Assembly (NCBI GenBank): GCA_913020445.1
Contig: CAJWAR010000013.1
Location: forward strand, 13,226 to 77,225
Direction: 5' to 3'
Source: an uncultured Rhodospirillaceae bacterium
Lineage (GTDB): Bacteria; Pseudomonadota; Alphaproteobacteria; Rhodospirillales; UBA2165
DNA length: 64,000 nt
Shown here: piece after piece, positions 55,156 through 63,986 of the stretch
Layout of the letters: every line of letters begins with the position of its first letter
How positions within the stretch are numbered: the stretch's first letter is position 1
Notes under the pieces: model-generated
Told to the model about the DNA's origin: nothing
The model's database searches: none
The model's input: only the letters and a program-made list of their open reading frames with translations
Position numbers and translations under genes: made by a program

Positions 55156-56154
55156 GTGATAAATGCTGCAATTATCGGGCTCGGCTGGTGGGGCCGTCAT
55201 ATTGTTGAGACCCTGCAGGGCAAGAGCGAGAAAATCGGTTTTTCTCGGGGGATTGATATCGCACCGGACGCCGCCCAGGATATTGCCGCGGCACAAAGCC
55301 TGACAGTTACCGCCGATTATGCCGACGCGCTAAACGATCCGGCAGTGGATGCGGTCGTACTGGCAACGCCGCACAGCTTTCACGAAGAACAAATCATCGC
55401 CGCCGCAAAGGCAGGTAAACATGTCTTTTGCGAAAAGCCACTGGCACTTGATCTCGCCAGCGCCGAGCGTTCGGTTGCGGCCTGTGAAGAGGCTGGCGTG
55501 GTCTTAGGCCTCGGCCATGAAAGACGCTTTGAGCCGGCCATGCAGGAGATCAAACGGCTGGTTGCCGATGGTGAGCTTGGCACCATCATGCATATCGAAG
55601 CGAATTTCAGTCACGACAAGCTGGCTAATATGGCTGCTGACAATTGGCGGGTGTCATCAAAAGAAAACCCGGCCGCCGCAATGACGACCACCGGTATTCA
55701 TTTAACCGACGCCTATCTCAATATAGTTGGGCCGATTGAGCAAGTCTTCGCCATGACCGCGACCCGCAATCCGGCCAACGCCAATGGCGATATTCTAAGC
55801 TTTGTCCTGCGTTTTAAATCGGGTGCAACGGGAGCTTACACATCCATCCTGGAAACGCCGCTTTATATGCGCCTCGCGGTCTATGGCTCTGATGCTTGGG
55901 TTGAAGCGCGTGACTATACGCATCCAAGTGAAATGGGCACGACCGATCTCTTTATCAGCCGCGAAGAAGGTAAGATCGAGAAATCGGCGTTTCAAGATGT
56001 TGATACGGTAAAACTCAATTTTGAGGCCTGGGCCGATGCGATCACCGGTGATGCCGACTATCCCTTTACCAAGGAACAGAAGCTGCAAAATATTGCTGTT
56101 CTTGAAGCGATCTGCCAATCGGCTGAAACCGGGGCGCTGGTTACCGTTCAGTAA
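55156..56154 (+). CDS. Gfo/Idh/MocA family oxidoreductase
   Basis: INAAIIGLGWWGRH... Rossmann N-terminus and an EKP motif (VFCEKPLA). Confidence 0.85.
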   Translation: MINAAIIGLGWWGRHIVETLQGKSEKIGFSRGIDIAPDAAQDIAAAQSLTVTADYADALNDPAVDAVVLATPHSFHEEQIIAAAKAGKHVFCEKPLALDLASAERSVAACEEAGVVLGLGHERRFEPAMQEIKRLVADGELGTIMHIEANFSHDKLANMAADNWRVSSKENPAAAMTTTGIHLTDAYLNIVGPIEQVFAMTATRNPANANGDILSFVLRFKSGATGAYTSILETPLYMRLAVYGSDAWVEARDYTHPSEMGTTDLFISREEGKIEKSAFQDVDTVKLNFEAWADAITGDADYPFTKEQKLQNIAVLEAICQSAETGALVTVQ

Positions 56155-56329
56155 CCTCAAATTAAGTCAGCACCACACTTAAATGTGATAAAACTAAACC
56201 GCCAGCCGGGGTGTATTGCTGCTTGATTCACCCCCCCGATTATCTTATGAACACGTCTTCTACAAGACTCTGTAAAGTCGATAAGAAAACACATTTAAAC
56301 AAATAATTCTGCCTAAAGAGGAGATACCT

Positions 56330-57658
56330 ATGGGGTATACGGGATACGAAATGGATACGACGTTCCTGCAAGAGGAACATCACACAAACCCACGCCGGCT
56401 TTACTCGATTACGGGTGCGGACTGGCAGCTTCGTGTTGATCACGAACGCCTGCGGGCTGAACGCCTTGAGCGCGCCCGCGCTGAAATGGCCAATGACGAT
56501 TTGGGGGCATTGGTTGTGTTCGCAGGCGCCAACATTCGCTACATCACTGGTTCCTATCAGGGTAACTGGAAATACAACATCAACATTCGCTATGCTGTTC
56601 TTTGCCGCGATGCTGAGCCGGTGCTGTTTGAAACCGCTGGTTCCGATCTGCAATGCGCGATCATCGATCTGCCGTGGATGAAAGACCGCATCCGTCCGGC
56701 CATGACCTGGCAATGGGCTGAGGGCGCGGTTGGTGAAATGGCTGACAAAATGGTTGCTTCGATCCTCGACGTGCTTAAAGAGAACGGCGTTGAGAAAGAA
56801 AAGATCGGTGTTGATAACTTCGATTTGCCGGCGCTTCACGCCTTTGAAAAAGTTGGTATCAACGTAGTTAACGGCTGGCCGGCATTCTCCCGCGCCCGTA
56901 CGGTTAAAACCCGCGACGAGATCGAACTGCTCAAACAGGCTTCCTCGCTTGGTGATGCAGCGATGTGGCACATTAAACATGAATGGCTGAAACCAGGCGT
57001 GACCGAACGTCAGATTGAAGCTGAAGTTCATAAATTCATGCTCGATCGCGGCTGTGAGATCATTTATGACATCATCGTCGCTTCCGGTGGCAACACCTCT
57101 CCGTATCGCCGTTGGGCAACCGATAAAATTATTCAGCAGGGCGATTTGATCATCATCGATATTAACGCTGTTGGTCCAGGTGGTTATTACATCGACTTTG
57201 TGCGGACGCTTAAATGTGCCGCCAAAATGACCCAGGCTGAAATTGATCTGTATCGTGAAACCTATGATTCGCTTTATGCTGGTCTGGAAAATCTGCGGCC
57301 AGGTATGACTTCGGCTGACGTTGTTTCCAAATTTCCGGAATATGACGATGACAAATACGGCACGGTGACGTTGCAGCAATTTGCTCACTCCATCGGCATC
57401 ACCTTGTATGAAGGTATGTGGATGTCACGGGCGTATTCGCTGAAATACCCGGCCGAGATCAAAGAAAACATGTACTTCGCAATTGAGACATTTGCCGGTC
57501 ATCCTGGATTGCCGCAGACCTGCCGTCTCGAAGAGAATGTACTGGTTTCCAAAGATGGTCCGGTCATTTTTACCGTCATGGAACATATGGAAGAAGCTGT
57601 CGGCGATTACCGCGTCGGTGAATTCCACCATTCAAGCGTCGACGGCAGAGACCACTAA
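56330..57658 (+). CDS. M24 family metalloenzyme (creatinase/prolidase fold)
   Basis: AAGAGGAG RBS. Candidate metal ligands in DLIIIDINAVGPGGYYIDFVRT, HSIG, FAIETF and RLEENVLV. Confidence 0.8.
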   Translation: MGYTGYEMDTTFLQEEHHTNPRRLYSITGADWQLRVDHERLRAERLERARAEMANDDLGALVVFAGANIRYITGSYQGNWKYNINIRYAVLCRDAEPVLFETAGSDLQCAIIDLPWMKDRIRPAMTWQWAEGAVGEMADKMVASILDVLKENGVEKEKIGVDNFDLPALHAFEKVGINVVNGWPAFSRARTVKTRDEIELLKQASSLGDAAMWHIKHEWLKPGVTERQIEAEVHKFMLDRGCEIIYDIIVASGGNTSPYRRWATDKIIQQGDLIIIDINAVGPGGYYIDFVRTLKCAAKMTQAEIDLYRETYDSLYAGLENLRPGMTSADVVSKFPEYDDDKYGTVTLQQFAHSIGITLYEGMWMSRAYSLKYPAEIKENMYFAIETFAGHPGLPQTCRLEENVLVSKDGPVIFTVMEHMEEAVGDYRVGEFHHSSVDGRDH

Positions 57659-57683
57659 GCCTAGCTTGAAATAAAGTTCTCGA

Positions 57684-57716
57684 AAAACCGCTGCAGGAAA
57701 CTGCGGCGGTTTTTTT
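57684..57716 (+). terminator. Rho-independent terminator after the M24 gene
   Basis: AAAAACCGCTGCAG-gaaa-CTGCGGCGG followed by T7. Confidence 0.8.
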
Positions 57717-57806
57717 GTTGAGCCTCACAAAAATCTTGGCCTTGCTGAGGGGATTCGCTAGGCTTTGCCAAATAAAAAAATAATCATTCTCAGGAAGGAC
57801 TTCTTA

Positions 57807-58925
57807 ATGACTGCAAATAAACCCCCGTATCGCGCCGAGCATGTCGGCAGCTTTATCCGTCCCGATAAATTGCTCAATGCGGCGCGGGCCAATAAAGCGG
57901 GCAATATCGACGACGCGGCCTTTGATGAAATGAAAAACCAATGCATCGCCGATATTGTTGCCTTTCAAGACAGCATCGGCATGCCGTCGGTGACCGATGG
58001 CGAATTTCGCCGCCGCGTCTGGTCGGGTGGTGTCAGTGATGCGCTTGAAGGTATGGGGATCAAAGAGGCCGGCACCTTGACTTTTAAAGGCGAGGACGGT
58101 GACGTCTTGATGCCGCCGTCGCCCTACGCTGAAAGTAAACTTAAGCGCAAGCACCGGATTGTTGCCGACGATTATGTTTATGTGAAGTCGCTGAGCCCCA
58201 AAGGTCAGCCCAAAGTCACCATGGCATCACCGCCGGTGATGCACTTTTTCTTAGGCCATGAAAGCTATAACCCGGATGTCTATGAGTCAGACGAAGCGTA
58301 TTTTGCTGATCTGACCCAGGCGTACCGCGATGAAATTGTCGAGCTGGCAGCAGAGGGGTGCACCTATATCCAGCTGGATGATACGGCGCTGCCGTGTAAT
58401 TGCGATGAAAAGGCGCGGGAAAGTATTCGGGCGCGCGGTGAAGACCCGGATGAGCTTACCGATACTTACGTTAAAGCAATCAATGCGGCGGTAGACGGTC
58501 GGCCCGATGACATGTTTGCCGGCATGCATATGTGCCGCGGCAATTTGAAAGGTCTCTGGATGGCGGCCGGCGGTTATGAGCCGATCGCCGAGAAAATATT
58601 TAATCAGCTCAACATCGATGCGTTCTTTATGGAATACGACAATGAACGCTCCGGCGATTTCCAGCCCTTGCGGTTTTTGCCCGCCGGCAAAGTGGCGGTG
58701 CTGGGCTTGATCAGCACTAAAACGCCTGAGCTCGAAGACAAAGACGCGCTCAAACGCCGCATTGATGAAGCCGCCAAAATCGTGCCGTTGGAGCAGTTGG
58801 CAATTAGCCCGCAATGTGGATTTTCTTCCGGCGGCGGCGGTGGTCAGGTGGTGACCGAGGACGATACCAAGCGTAAACTGGAACTCGTTGTCGAAGTCGC
58901 CACGGATGTTTGGGGGTCGGTCTAA
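57807..58925 (+). CDS. Cobalamin-independent methionine synthase (MetE C-terminal)-like methyltransferase family protein
   Basis: PYRAEHVGSFIRP...TDGEFRR..W...IQLDD.AL...HMCRGN... ATG 57807 follows AGGAAGGA. Confidence 0.75.
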   Translation: MTANKPPYRAEHVGSFIRPDKLLNAARANKAGNIDDAAFDEMKNQCIADIVAFQDSIGMPSVTDGEFRRRVWSGGVSDALEGMGIKEAGTLTFKGEDGDVLMPPSPYAESKLKRKHRIVADDYVYVKSLSPKGQPKVTMASPPVMHFFLGHESYNPDVYESDEAYFADLTQAYRDEIVELAAEGCTYIQLDDTALPCNCDEKARESIRARGEDPDELTDTYVKAINAAVDGRPDDMFAGMHMCRGNLKGLWMAAGGYEPIAEKIFNQLNIDAFFMEYDNERSGDFQPLRFLPAGKVAVLGLISTKTPELEDKDALKRRIDEAAKIVPLEQLAISPQCGFSSGGGGGQVVTEDDTKRKLELVVEVATDVWGSV

Positions 58926-58928
58926 ATT

Positions 58929-60236
58929 ATGGGAAGTGTGGAGGAAATACTGGATTTGCAGCTGCCGTCTTCGAAAGAAGAGATAGCCCGCATGCAATCG
59001 ACGCAAAAGAAAGTGGCGCTGGCGCAAGCTAAAAAAGCCAAGTTTTACCAGGGCAAGCTCGATCACATTGATCCTGATAATCTGGATGATCCCGAGGAAT
59101 GGGCGAAGATCCCGATCATTGATAAAGAAACCCTACGCGAATTGGGTGTCGAAAACTTCCGCGAGCTGTTTTGTATCGCCGAGCAAAAAGATATTGCTGA
59201 GTATTGGCGCTCGGGCGGTGCCACTGGGGTGCCGCTCTATTATCCCCGCACCTACACCGATATGTATTACACCTATATCCAGCTTTGCCGTTGCTGGACT
59301 GTGGCCGGGCTCAACGAGGATGACGTTTGTCACCAGTCTTTTCCGTATGGTGTTCATCCGGCCGGGCAATTGTGGTCGCGCACCGCCAATCAAGTCGGCA
59401 TCGGCGTCTTATGGGCAGGCTCGGGCGCCAACACGCCGTCCCGCGTTCAATTGGAGTTGATCGATGATCTTCAGCCGACCATCTGGATGGGTATGCCAAG
59501 CTATGGTCTGCATCTGGCTAACTTGGCAGAGGAAATGGATATCGATCTCGCCGGTGGCAATGTGCGCAAAGTTATTGTCGGCGCCGAGGCGCTATCTGCA
59601 GCCAAGCGGGAAAAGCTGGAACGCAGCTGGGGCGCCGAGGTCAATGATTTCTTCGGCATGACTGAGATTGGTATTTTAGGCGCTGACAGTAAAGTCCATG
59701 AGGGCTTCCATATCTGGACCGATCAGGCATTGTTTGAGGTCGTCGATGAAAATACAGGACTTCCAGTACCCGAAGGCGAAGAGGGCTTGATGGTTATCAC
59801 GCCGCTGTTTTGCAATACTTCAACGCCGTTTCTGCGCTGGAGTTCTGGCGATATCGTCCGGATTTCAAACGAAACCTCGCTGGAGGGGCCGTTTTCGATT
59901 TTCCCAGTGATGAAGCATGCCAACCGGACGGTCGGCTTTGCCAAGATCAGAGGCATCAACATCAATCACTCCGAGTTCGAGGATTTCATGTTCCGGGTGC
60001 CGGATATCAACGATTTTAAAGTGGAATTCACGGCAACCGATGGCTTGGATGATCTGGTCGTAAGTATCGAAGTTGACCGCAAGTCAGATGCCGATAAGGC
60101 AGCGGAAACTTTGGCGGAAAAAATTCGCGACGTCTTTGAAGTTCGTCCGGTGATCGAGATATTGGAGACCGGCACGCTGGCGAAAGAATTTGAAGCGAGC
60201 GTTAAAGCGCCACGCTTTGTTGATAAAAGAAATTAA
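58929..60236 (+). CDS. Phenylacetate-CoA ligase-like (PaaK/F390 synthetase family) adenylating enzyme
   Basis: 435 aa. ...IPIIDKETLRE...SGGATGVPLYYP... and overall family resemblance from memory. Confidence 0.7.
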   Translation: MGSVEEILDLQLPSSKEEIARMQSTQKKVALAQAKKAKFYQGKLDHIDPDNLDDPEEWAKIPIIDKETLRELGVENFRELFCIAEQKDIAEYWRSGGATGVPLYYPRTYTDMYYTYIQLCRCWTVAGLNEDDVCHQSFPYGVHPAGQLWSRTANQVGIGVLWAGSGANTPSRVQLELIDDLQPTIWMGMPSYGLHLANLAEEMDIDLAGGNVRKVIVGAEALSAAKREKLERSWGAEVNDFFGMTEIGILGADSKVHEGFHIWTDQALFEVVDENTGLPVPEGEEGLMVITPLFCNTSTPFLRWSSGDIVRISNETSLEGPFSIFPVMKHANRTVGFAKIRGININHSEFEDFMFRVPDINDFKVEFTATDGLDDLVVSIEVDRKSDADKAAETLAEKIRDVFEVRPVIEILETGTLAKEFEASVKAPRFVDKRN

Positions 60237-60255
60237 AAAAACAGGGAACCAATTT

Positions 60256-61200
60256 ATGAAACTAATGTATTTCGATGAATTTAGGCTGGGTGTCGTTGAT
60301 GGCAGTGACGTCATAGATGTGTCAGATGTGGTGCAGGATATTCCACATCGTGATCAACTGGACCTGATGGCGGGGCTAATTGCTGATTTTGGAAATTATC
60401 AAGCCAAACTTGAAAAAGCGGTATCAAATGGTGAAGCCATTCCGCTTTCATCCGTTCGCATTCGCCCGCCACTGCCGCGGCCAATTAACATTGACTGTAT
60501 GGCGGTCAATTACATGGAAGACGGCACCCGCGATGAGCCGGCGCCGATCAACGCTTTTCATAAATCACCGTCCGGTATTATCGGTCATGAAGATACGATG
60601 GTGTTGCAGGACATTCCGGCGACGGTCTTTGAAGGTGAAGCCGAAATCGCCGTGATCATCGGCAAACGCGCCTCCAATGTAAGTGAAGCGCAAGCGATGG
60701 ATTATATTTTCGGCTACACCAATTTTATTGATGGCTCGGCCCGTGGCTTGCAGCCGCCCGGCAGCAATTCTTTTTTTCAAATGAAATCGCGGGAAACCTA
60801 TGCGCCGATTGGCCCCTATCTCGTCACCAAAGATGAGATTGCCGATCCGCAAAAATTGCAGATAAAGCTCTCGGTCAATGGTGAGATCAAACAAAAATTT
60901 AATTCAGATGATATGGCGCATTCGATAACGCGCTGTATCGAATGGGCAAGCTCTACTCATACTCTGGAGCCGGGCGATATCTTGGCTACCGGCACCAATC
61001 ACCGGGGGCTGAACGCGTTTCATGATGGCGACGTGGTCGAGCTTGAATGTGAGGGGCTGGATGTCTTGCGTATTCATATCCAAGATGATCTCAAGCGAAC
61101 CTGGTCGAGGGAAACCAGGCTGGAGCGCCAGGAGCAGGGCTTCAGCAACCCGCCTCACGCGCCGCAATTATCAGGGAAGTATACGCCGGAGGCAAAATAA
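60256..61200 (+). CDS. Fumarylacetoacetate hydrolase (FAH) family protein
   Basis: FEGEAEIAVIIGKRA...IFGYTNFIDGSAR...GDILATGT. I prefer ATG 60256 to the ORF-track start at 60190. Confidence 0.82.
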   Translation: MKLMYFDEFRLGVVDGSDVIDVSDVVQDIPHRDQLDLMAGLIADFGNYQAKLEKAVSNGEAIPLSSVRIRPPLPRPINIDCMAVNYMEDGTRDEPAPINAFHKSPSGIIGHEDTMVLQDIPATVFEGEAEIAVIIGKRASNVSEAQAMDYIFGYTNFIDGSARGLQPPGSNSFFQMKSRETYAPIGPYLVTKDEIADPQKLQIKLSVNGEIKQKFNSDDMAHSITRCIEWASSTHTLEPGDILATGTNHRGLNAFHDGDVVELECEGLDVLRIHIQDDLKRTWSRETRLERQEQGFSNPPHAPQLSGKYTPEAK

Positions 61201-61228
61201 AGCTGTACCCGTGTAACTGGATAACAGG

Positions 61229-62479
61229 TTAGGCCGCTACAGCCTGCAATCCTTGATGCCGGCCGCTGCGGCGGATATGCAGGAAAAATAGCGTTAAAAT
61301 AAGAAGATTTATTACGCCGGCGATACTGCCATTAGCATAGGACCATACATAATCACCGGTCAGATCAAAGGCGATGCCGCCTTGCCAGCCACCGAGCCCC
61401 ATGCCGACCCAGCCGGTCGCGCCGACAACCGCCATGCCGCGGGCGAGAAAATTAGCTGGCACCATCATACGCACGCAGACCAGAAAGGAGGCCATGACGC
61501 CGGAGAAAGCGAGGCCGAATGTCATCGCCAGGGCATAGATTAAAATCGTATTTTCGACATGTGGAAACATGAATATGACCGCAGTTTGCAGCACCGACAT
61601 ACAAATATAGCTTTGCAAGGCGCCGATATGATCCGCCAGTTTTCCCCCCAACACCCGCCCGAAAGCGCCGGTTATCATAAGCGCAAAGAAGACCGTAACG
61701 GCTTTCTCCGGCGTCATGCCATGATCCGTCAGCAACGGCACCAAATGAACAATCGGCACCGCCATGGCGATACAGCAGAACACCACCGCTGTCCCTATCC
61801 AGGCGACAACGACCGTCGGCGCCAAGGGAAAGGGTGTGCCGTCTCGTTGTTTCGGCGCTTCATGGGATTGCGCGGATTTCAGCCGGGGTGAATCCCGGAC
61901 GAATAACGCAATCGGGATGGTCAGGATGATATATGCGATGCCCAAGGTTGAATAGGCGGTCTGCCAATCATGTTGATTAATCAGATAGCGGACGATAACG
62001 GGTACGGTGCCTTGGCCGACAGCGCCACCGGCAACCGACAAGCCGATCGCCAGACCGATATTGCGGGTAAACCACAGGCCGACATTGGCATAAAGCAGCC
62101 CGGTCACCGTGGCGTGGCCAAACGCGCCAAACAGGAAGTAATAAAAATAGAACTCAACAATACTGTCCATGGTGCTGAGCAGTAACAGCGGGAAACCTAA
62201 TATTACCGCGCCGAATAGGACGATCCATCTGGTGCCGTAACGATCAGCGAGAATGGCCCAAAAAATGCCGGTAAAAGCGGTCGCCAGGGTGATTGCCGAA
62301 TAGCCGAAAGACAGGCTGCCGCGTGACCAGCCAAACTCGGCCTCGAGTTCTTTTAAGAAAACGCCGACAGATGACAACACGCCAAAGGATATCGCGCTGA
62401 GGGTGAAGGTTATAAAAACCATAACCCAGCCATATTCTTCGCGTTCGGTAAATTTTGTGTCTGATATAATGTTTGGCAT
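61229..62479 (-). CDS. MFS transporter
   Basis: 416 aa with about 12 TM segments and an ADRYGTR loop motif. Confidence 0.85.
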   Translation of the reverse strand: MPNIISDTKFTEREEYGWVMVFITFTLSAISFGVLSSVGVFLKELEAEFGWSRGSLSFGYSAITLATAFTGIFWAILADRYGTRWIVLFGAVILGFPLLLLSTMDSIVEFYFYYFLFGAFGHATVTGLLYANVGLWFTRNIGLAIGLSVAGGAVGQGTVPVIVRYLINQHDWQTAYSTLGIAYIILTIPIALFVRDSPRLKSAQSHEAPKQRDGTPFPLAPTVVVAWIGTAVVFCCIAMAVPIVHLVPLLTDHGMTPEKAVTVFFALMITGAFGRVLGGKLADHIGALQSYICMSVLQTAVIFMFPHVENTILIYALAMTFGLAFSGVMASFLVCVRMMVPANFLARGMAVVGATGWVGMGLGGWQGGIAFDLTGDYVWSYANGSIAGVINLLILTLFFLHIRRSGRHQGLQAVAA

Positions 62480-62512
62480 GTTGGGTCTTAGTAAAACCTA
62501 AGACTGGCTTTA

Positions 62513-63052
62513 TCAAGCAGCGTTTAACGGCAGTGCTTTCAATGTCCGCATGAACAATTGCAGCCCGTAATGAAAGGCGATGAAGGCGCCGAGTTCCATG
62601 ATCTCAGGTTCAGAATAGAATGTTTTGCCGAGATCATAAAAAGCGGCATCGACTTTGGTCGGTTCGGTATACATCAGCTTGGCGTAAGTGAGGGCCCATT
62701 TTTCCGCCTTAGAAAACTGCGGGTCATTTTCGAAGCCGCCGCAGCCGGCTTCGATCCGCTCTTCGGAAAGACCACTGTCCATCGCCTTTTTGGACCTGAG
62801 CGCAGCAAAATATTCATCCTTGGCAAGGCGGGCCAGCCGCACGCGAATAATTTCTTTTAAGGCGTGATCGACATTGCCGAGCGCATGGGATTGATACATC
62901 GCATCAAACAAGGCCTCCGCGTAACCCGGCGCATGGGCCATGATCTGCAGAAAGAGGGTGTCCGGCACCATGAGTTCTTGCGCCAGCTCAAGCCGGGTTT
63001 GAAATTTTTCCGGATCGAGCTGATCTAAGGGGACGGGGTCAATAATTGCCAT
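62513..63052 (-). CDS. Carboxymuconolactone decarboxylase (CMD/AhpD-like) family protein, no Cys motif
   Basis: 179 aa. ...HALKEIIRVRLARLAKDEYFAALRS... aligns with the neighbouring gene but has DEYF where that gene has CNY[TGA]. Confidence 0.75.
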   Translation of the reverse strand: MAIIDPVPLDQLDPEKFQTRLELAQELMVPDTLFLQIMAHAPGYAEALFDAMYQSHALGNVDHALKEIIRVRLARLAKDEYFAALRSKKAMDSGLSEERIEAGCGGFENDPQFSKAEKWALTYAKLMYTEPTKVDAAFYDLGKTFYSEPEIMELGAFIAFHYGLQLFMRTLKALPLNAA

Positions 63053-63061
63053 ACCTATTTC

Positions 63062-63730
63062 CTATTCCGCCGCACTATCTTGTGTTTTTTCTGGGGCGCT
63101 ATCGAGTGCGCGCTGCAACGGCCCTTTGGTGTGTGAGATCGGCTTGTCACCATAAATACGGGCTGATTCTTCCTGGTCGACCAAGCGGCCATCAGGGGTG
63201 AACATCGGATAAAAACCGAGCGTGCCGAACCAGGTGTGGTAGCCGATATTAAAGCCGATGAAGGAGCCAAGCTCGACGATCTCTTCAATCGTGTAATGTT
63301 TTTTCAGCTCATCATAAAAAGCTTCATCGACCAAATCGGGATCGGTATCCATCAAATCGGAATATTTGAGCGCGATTTTCTCAGCCGGTGTGAAGTTATC
63401 CGAGGCCGCGTAATTGTCGATCCCGTCATCGATCATTTCTTCGGTTAATCCCTGCTGCTTCGCCGAAGCAGACCGGACATTACCTCAATAATTACAATCG
63501 GCGGTTCGCGAAAGCTGGACGCGGATAATCTCCTTCAGCTTATGATCGACGATGCCGGTATTAAACACCGTACCCCAGGCAAAATACATTGAGGCCGACA
63601 GTTCCGGATTGTGGCCGAGCATGGCGTGGAAAGCGGGGTCGGGTGCGCGGTGGCGCAGGCTTTTTTTGATAAAGCCGCCGAGCTTGGTTTTCTTAAGCTC
63701 TTCAATATCGAGCATGGTGATATTAGGCAT
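63062..63730 (-). CDS. CMD/AhpD-like protein with an in-frame TGA (candidate selenocysteine, C-N-Y-U) or a nonsense-disrupted gene
   Basis: ORFs 63485..63730 and 63062..63436 are in the same frame, separated only by TGA 63485..63487 plus 16 sense codons: ...KEIIRVQLSRTADCNY[TGA]GNVRSASAKQQGLTEEMIDDG... GAGGA RBS before ATG 63730. Only a weak RBS precedes the internal ATG 63436. Confidence 0.65.
63455..63471 (-). promoter_or_regulatory. SECIS-like hairpin 13 nt downstream of the in-frame UGA
   Basis: mRNA CUGCUUC-GGC-GAAGCAG (7-bp stem), extendable by C-G, C-G and U-G pairs across a small internal loop. Confidence 0.45.
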
Positions 63731-63920
63731 ATTTGTCCTCAGCGCGTTAATTACTTTAGACCAAATCTAAATCCGTTCTCCCGGCTTTACCAACAGAAAA
63801 TCGTCACAGTTGTGTGTGCGGGGGTTCCTTCAATAAGGGGACATGTTCTTGGCACTTCCTATCGACCTTTAATACGTTGGCCTAACGTGTCCCCGCTTAC
63901 GGTGTAGAAGTAGTTAATTC

Positions 63921-63986
63921 ACCACAAAGGTCACAAAGCACACGAAGATTATTAAACCACCGAGGTCACAGAGAACACGGAGAATT
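63921..63986. repeat. Two imperfect direct repeats of about 30 bp, close to the window end
   Basis: ACCACAAAGGTCACAAAGCACACGAAGATT versus ACCACCGAGGTCACAGAGAACACGGAGAATT, with 5 mismatches in the first 28 aligned positions. The series may continue beyond the window. Confidence 0.5.

Noticed and set aside
55021-55296. N-terminal extension of ORF 54706..55296, overlapping the Gfo/Idh/MocA gene start.
   Set aside because: An internal ATG at 55020 with a GAGGAG RBS is more plausible. The extension overlaps the neighbouring gene's start and RBS on the opposite strand.
56240-57388. 382-aa ORF antisense to the M24 gene.
   Set aside because: It is a shadow ORF. It lies entirely inside a plus-strand gene that has a strong AAGAGGAG RBS and recognisable M24 metal-ligand motifs. 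Its own translation (F/I/N/R-rich) matches no family I recognise.
57717-57806. 5' region of the MetE-like gene, checked for a cobalamin or SAM riboswitch.
   Set aside because: Only about 90 nt lie between the upstream terminator and the start codon, and I recognised no conserved riboswitch core.
63837-63894. Long-range inverted repeat, GGGGACATGTT ... AACGTGTCCCC (11 bp with one mismatch, ~36-nt loop), upstream of the CMD operon.
   Set aside because: It has no T-run and no recognisable riboswitch or sRNA features. I noted it but could not assign it.
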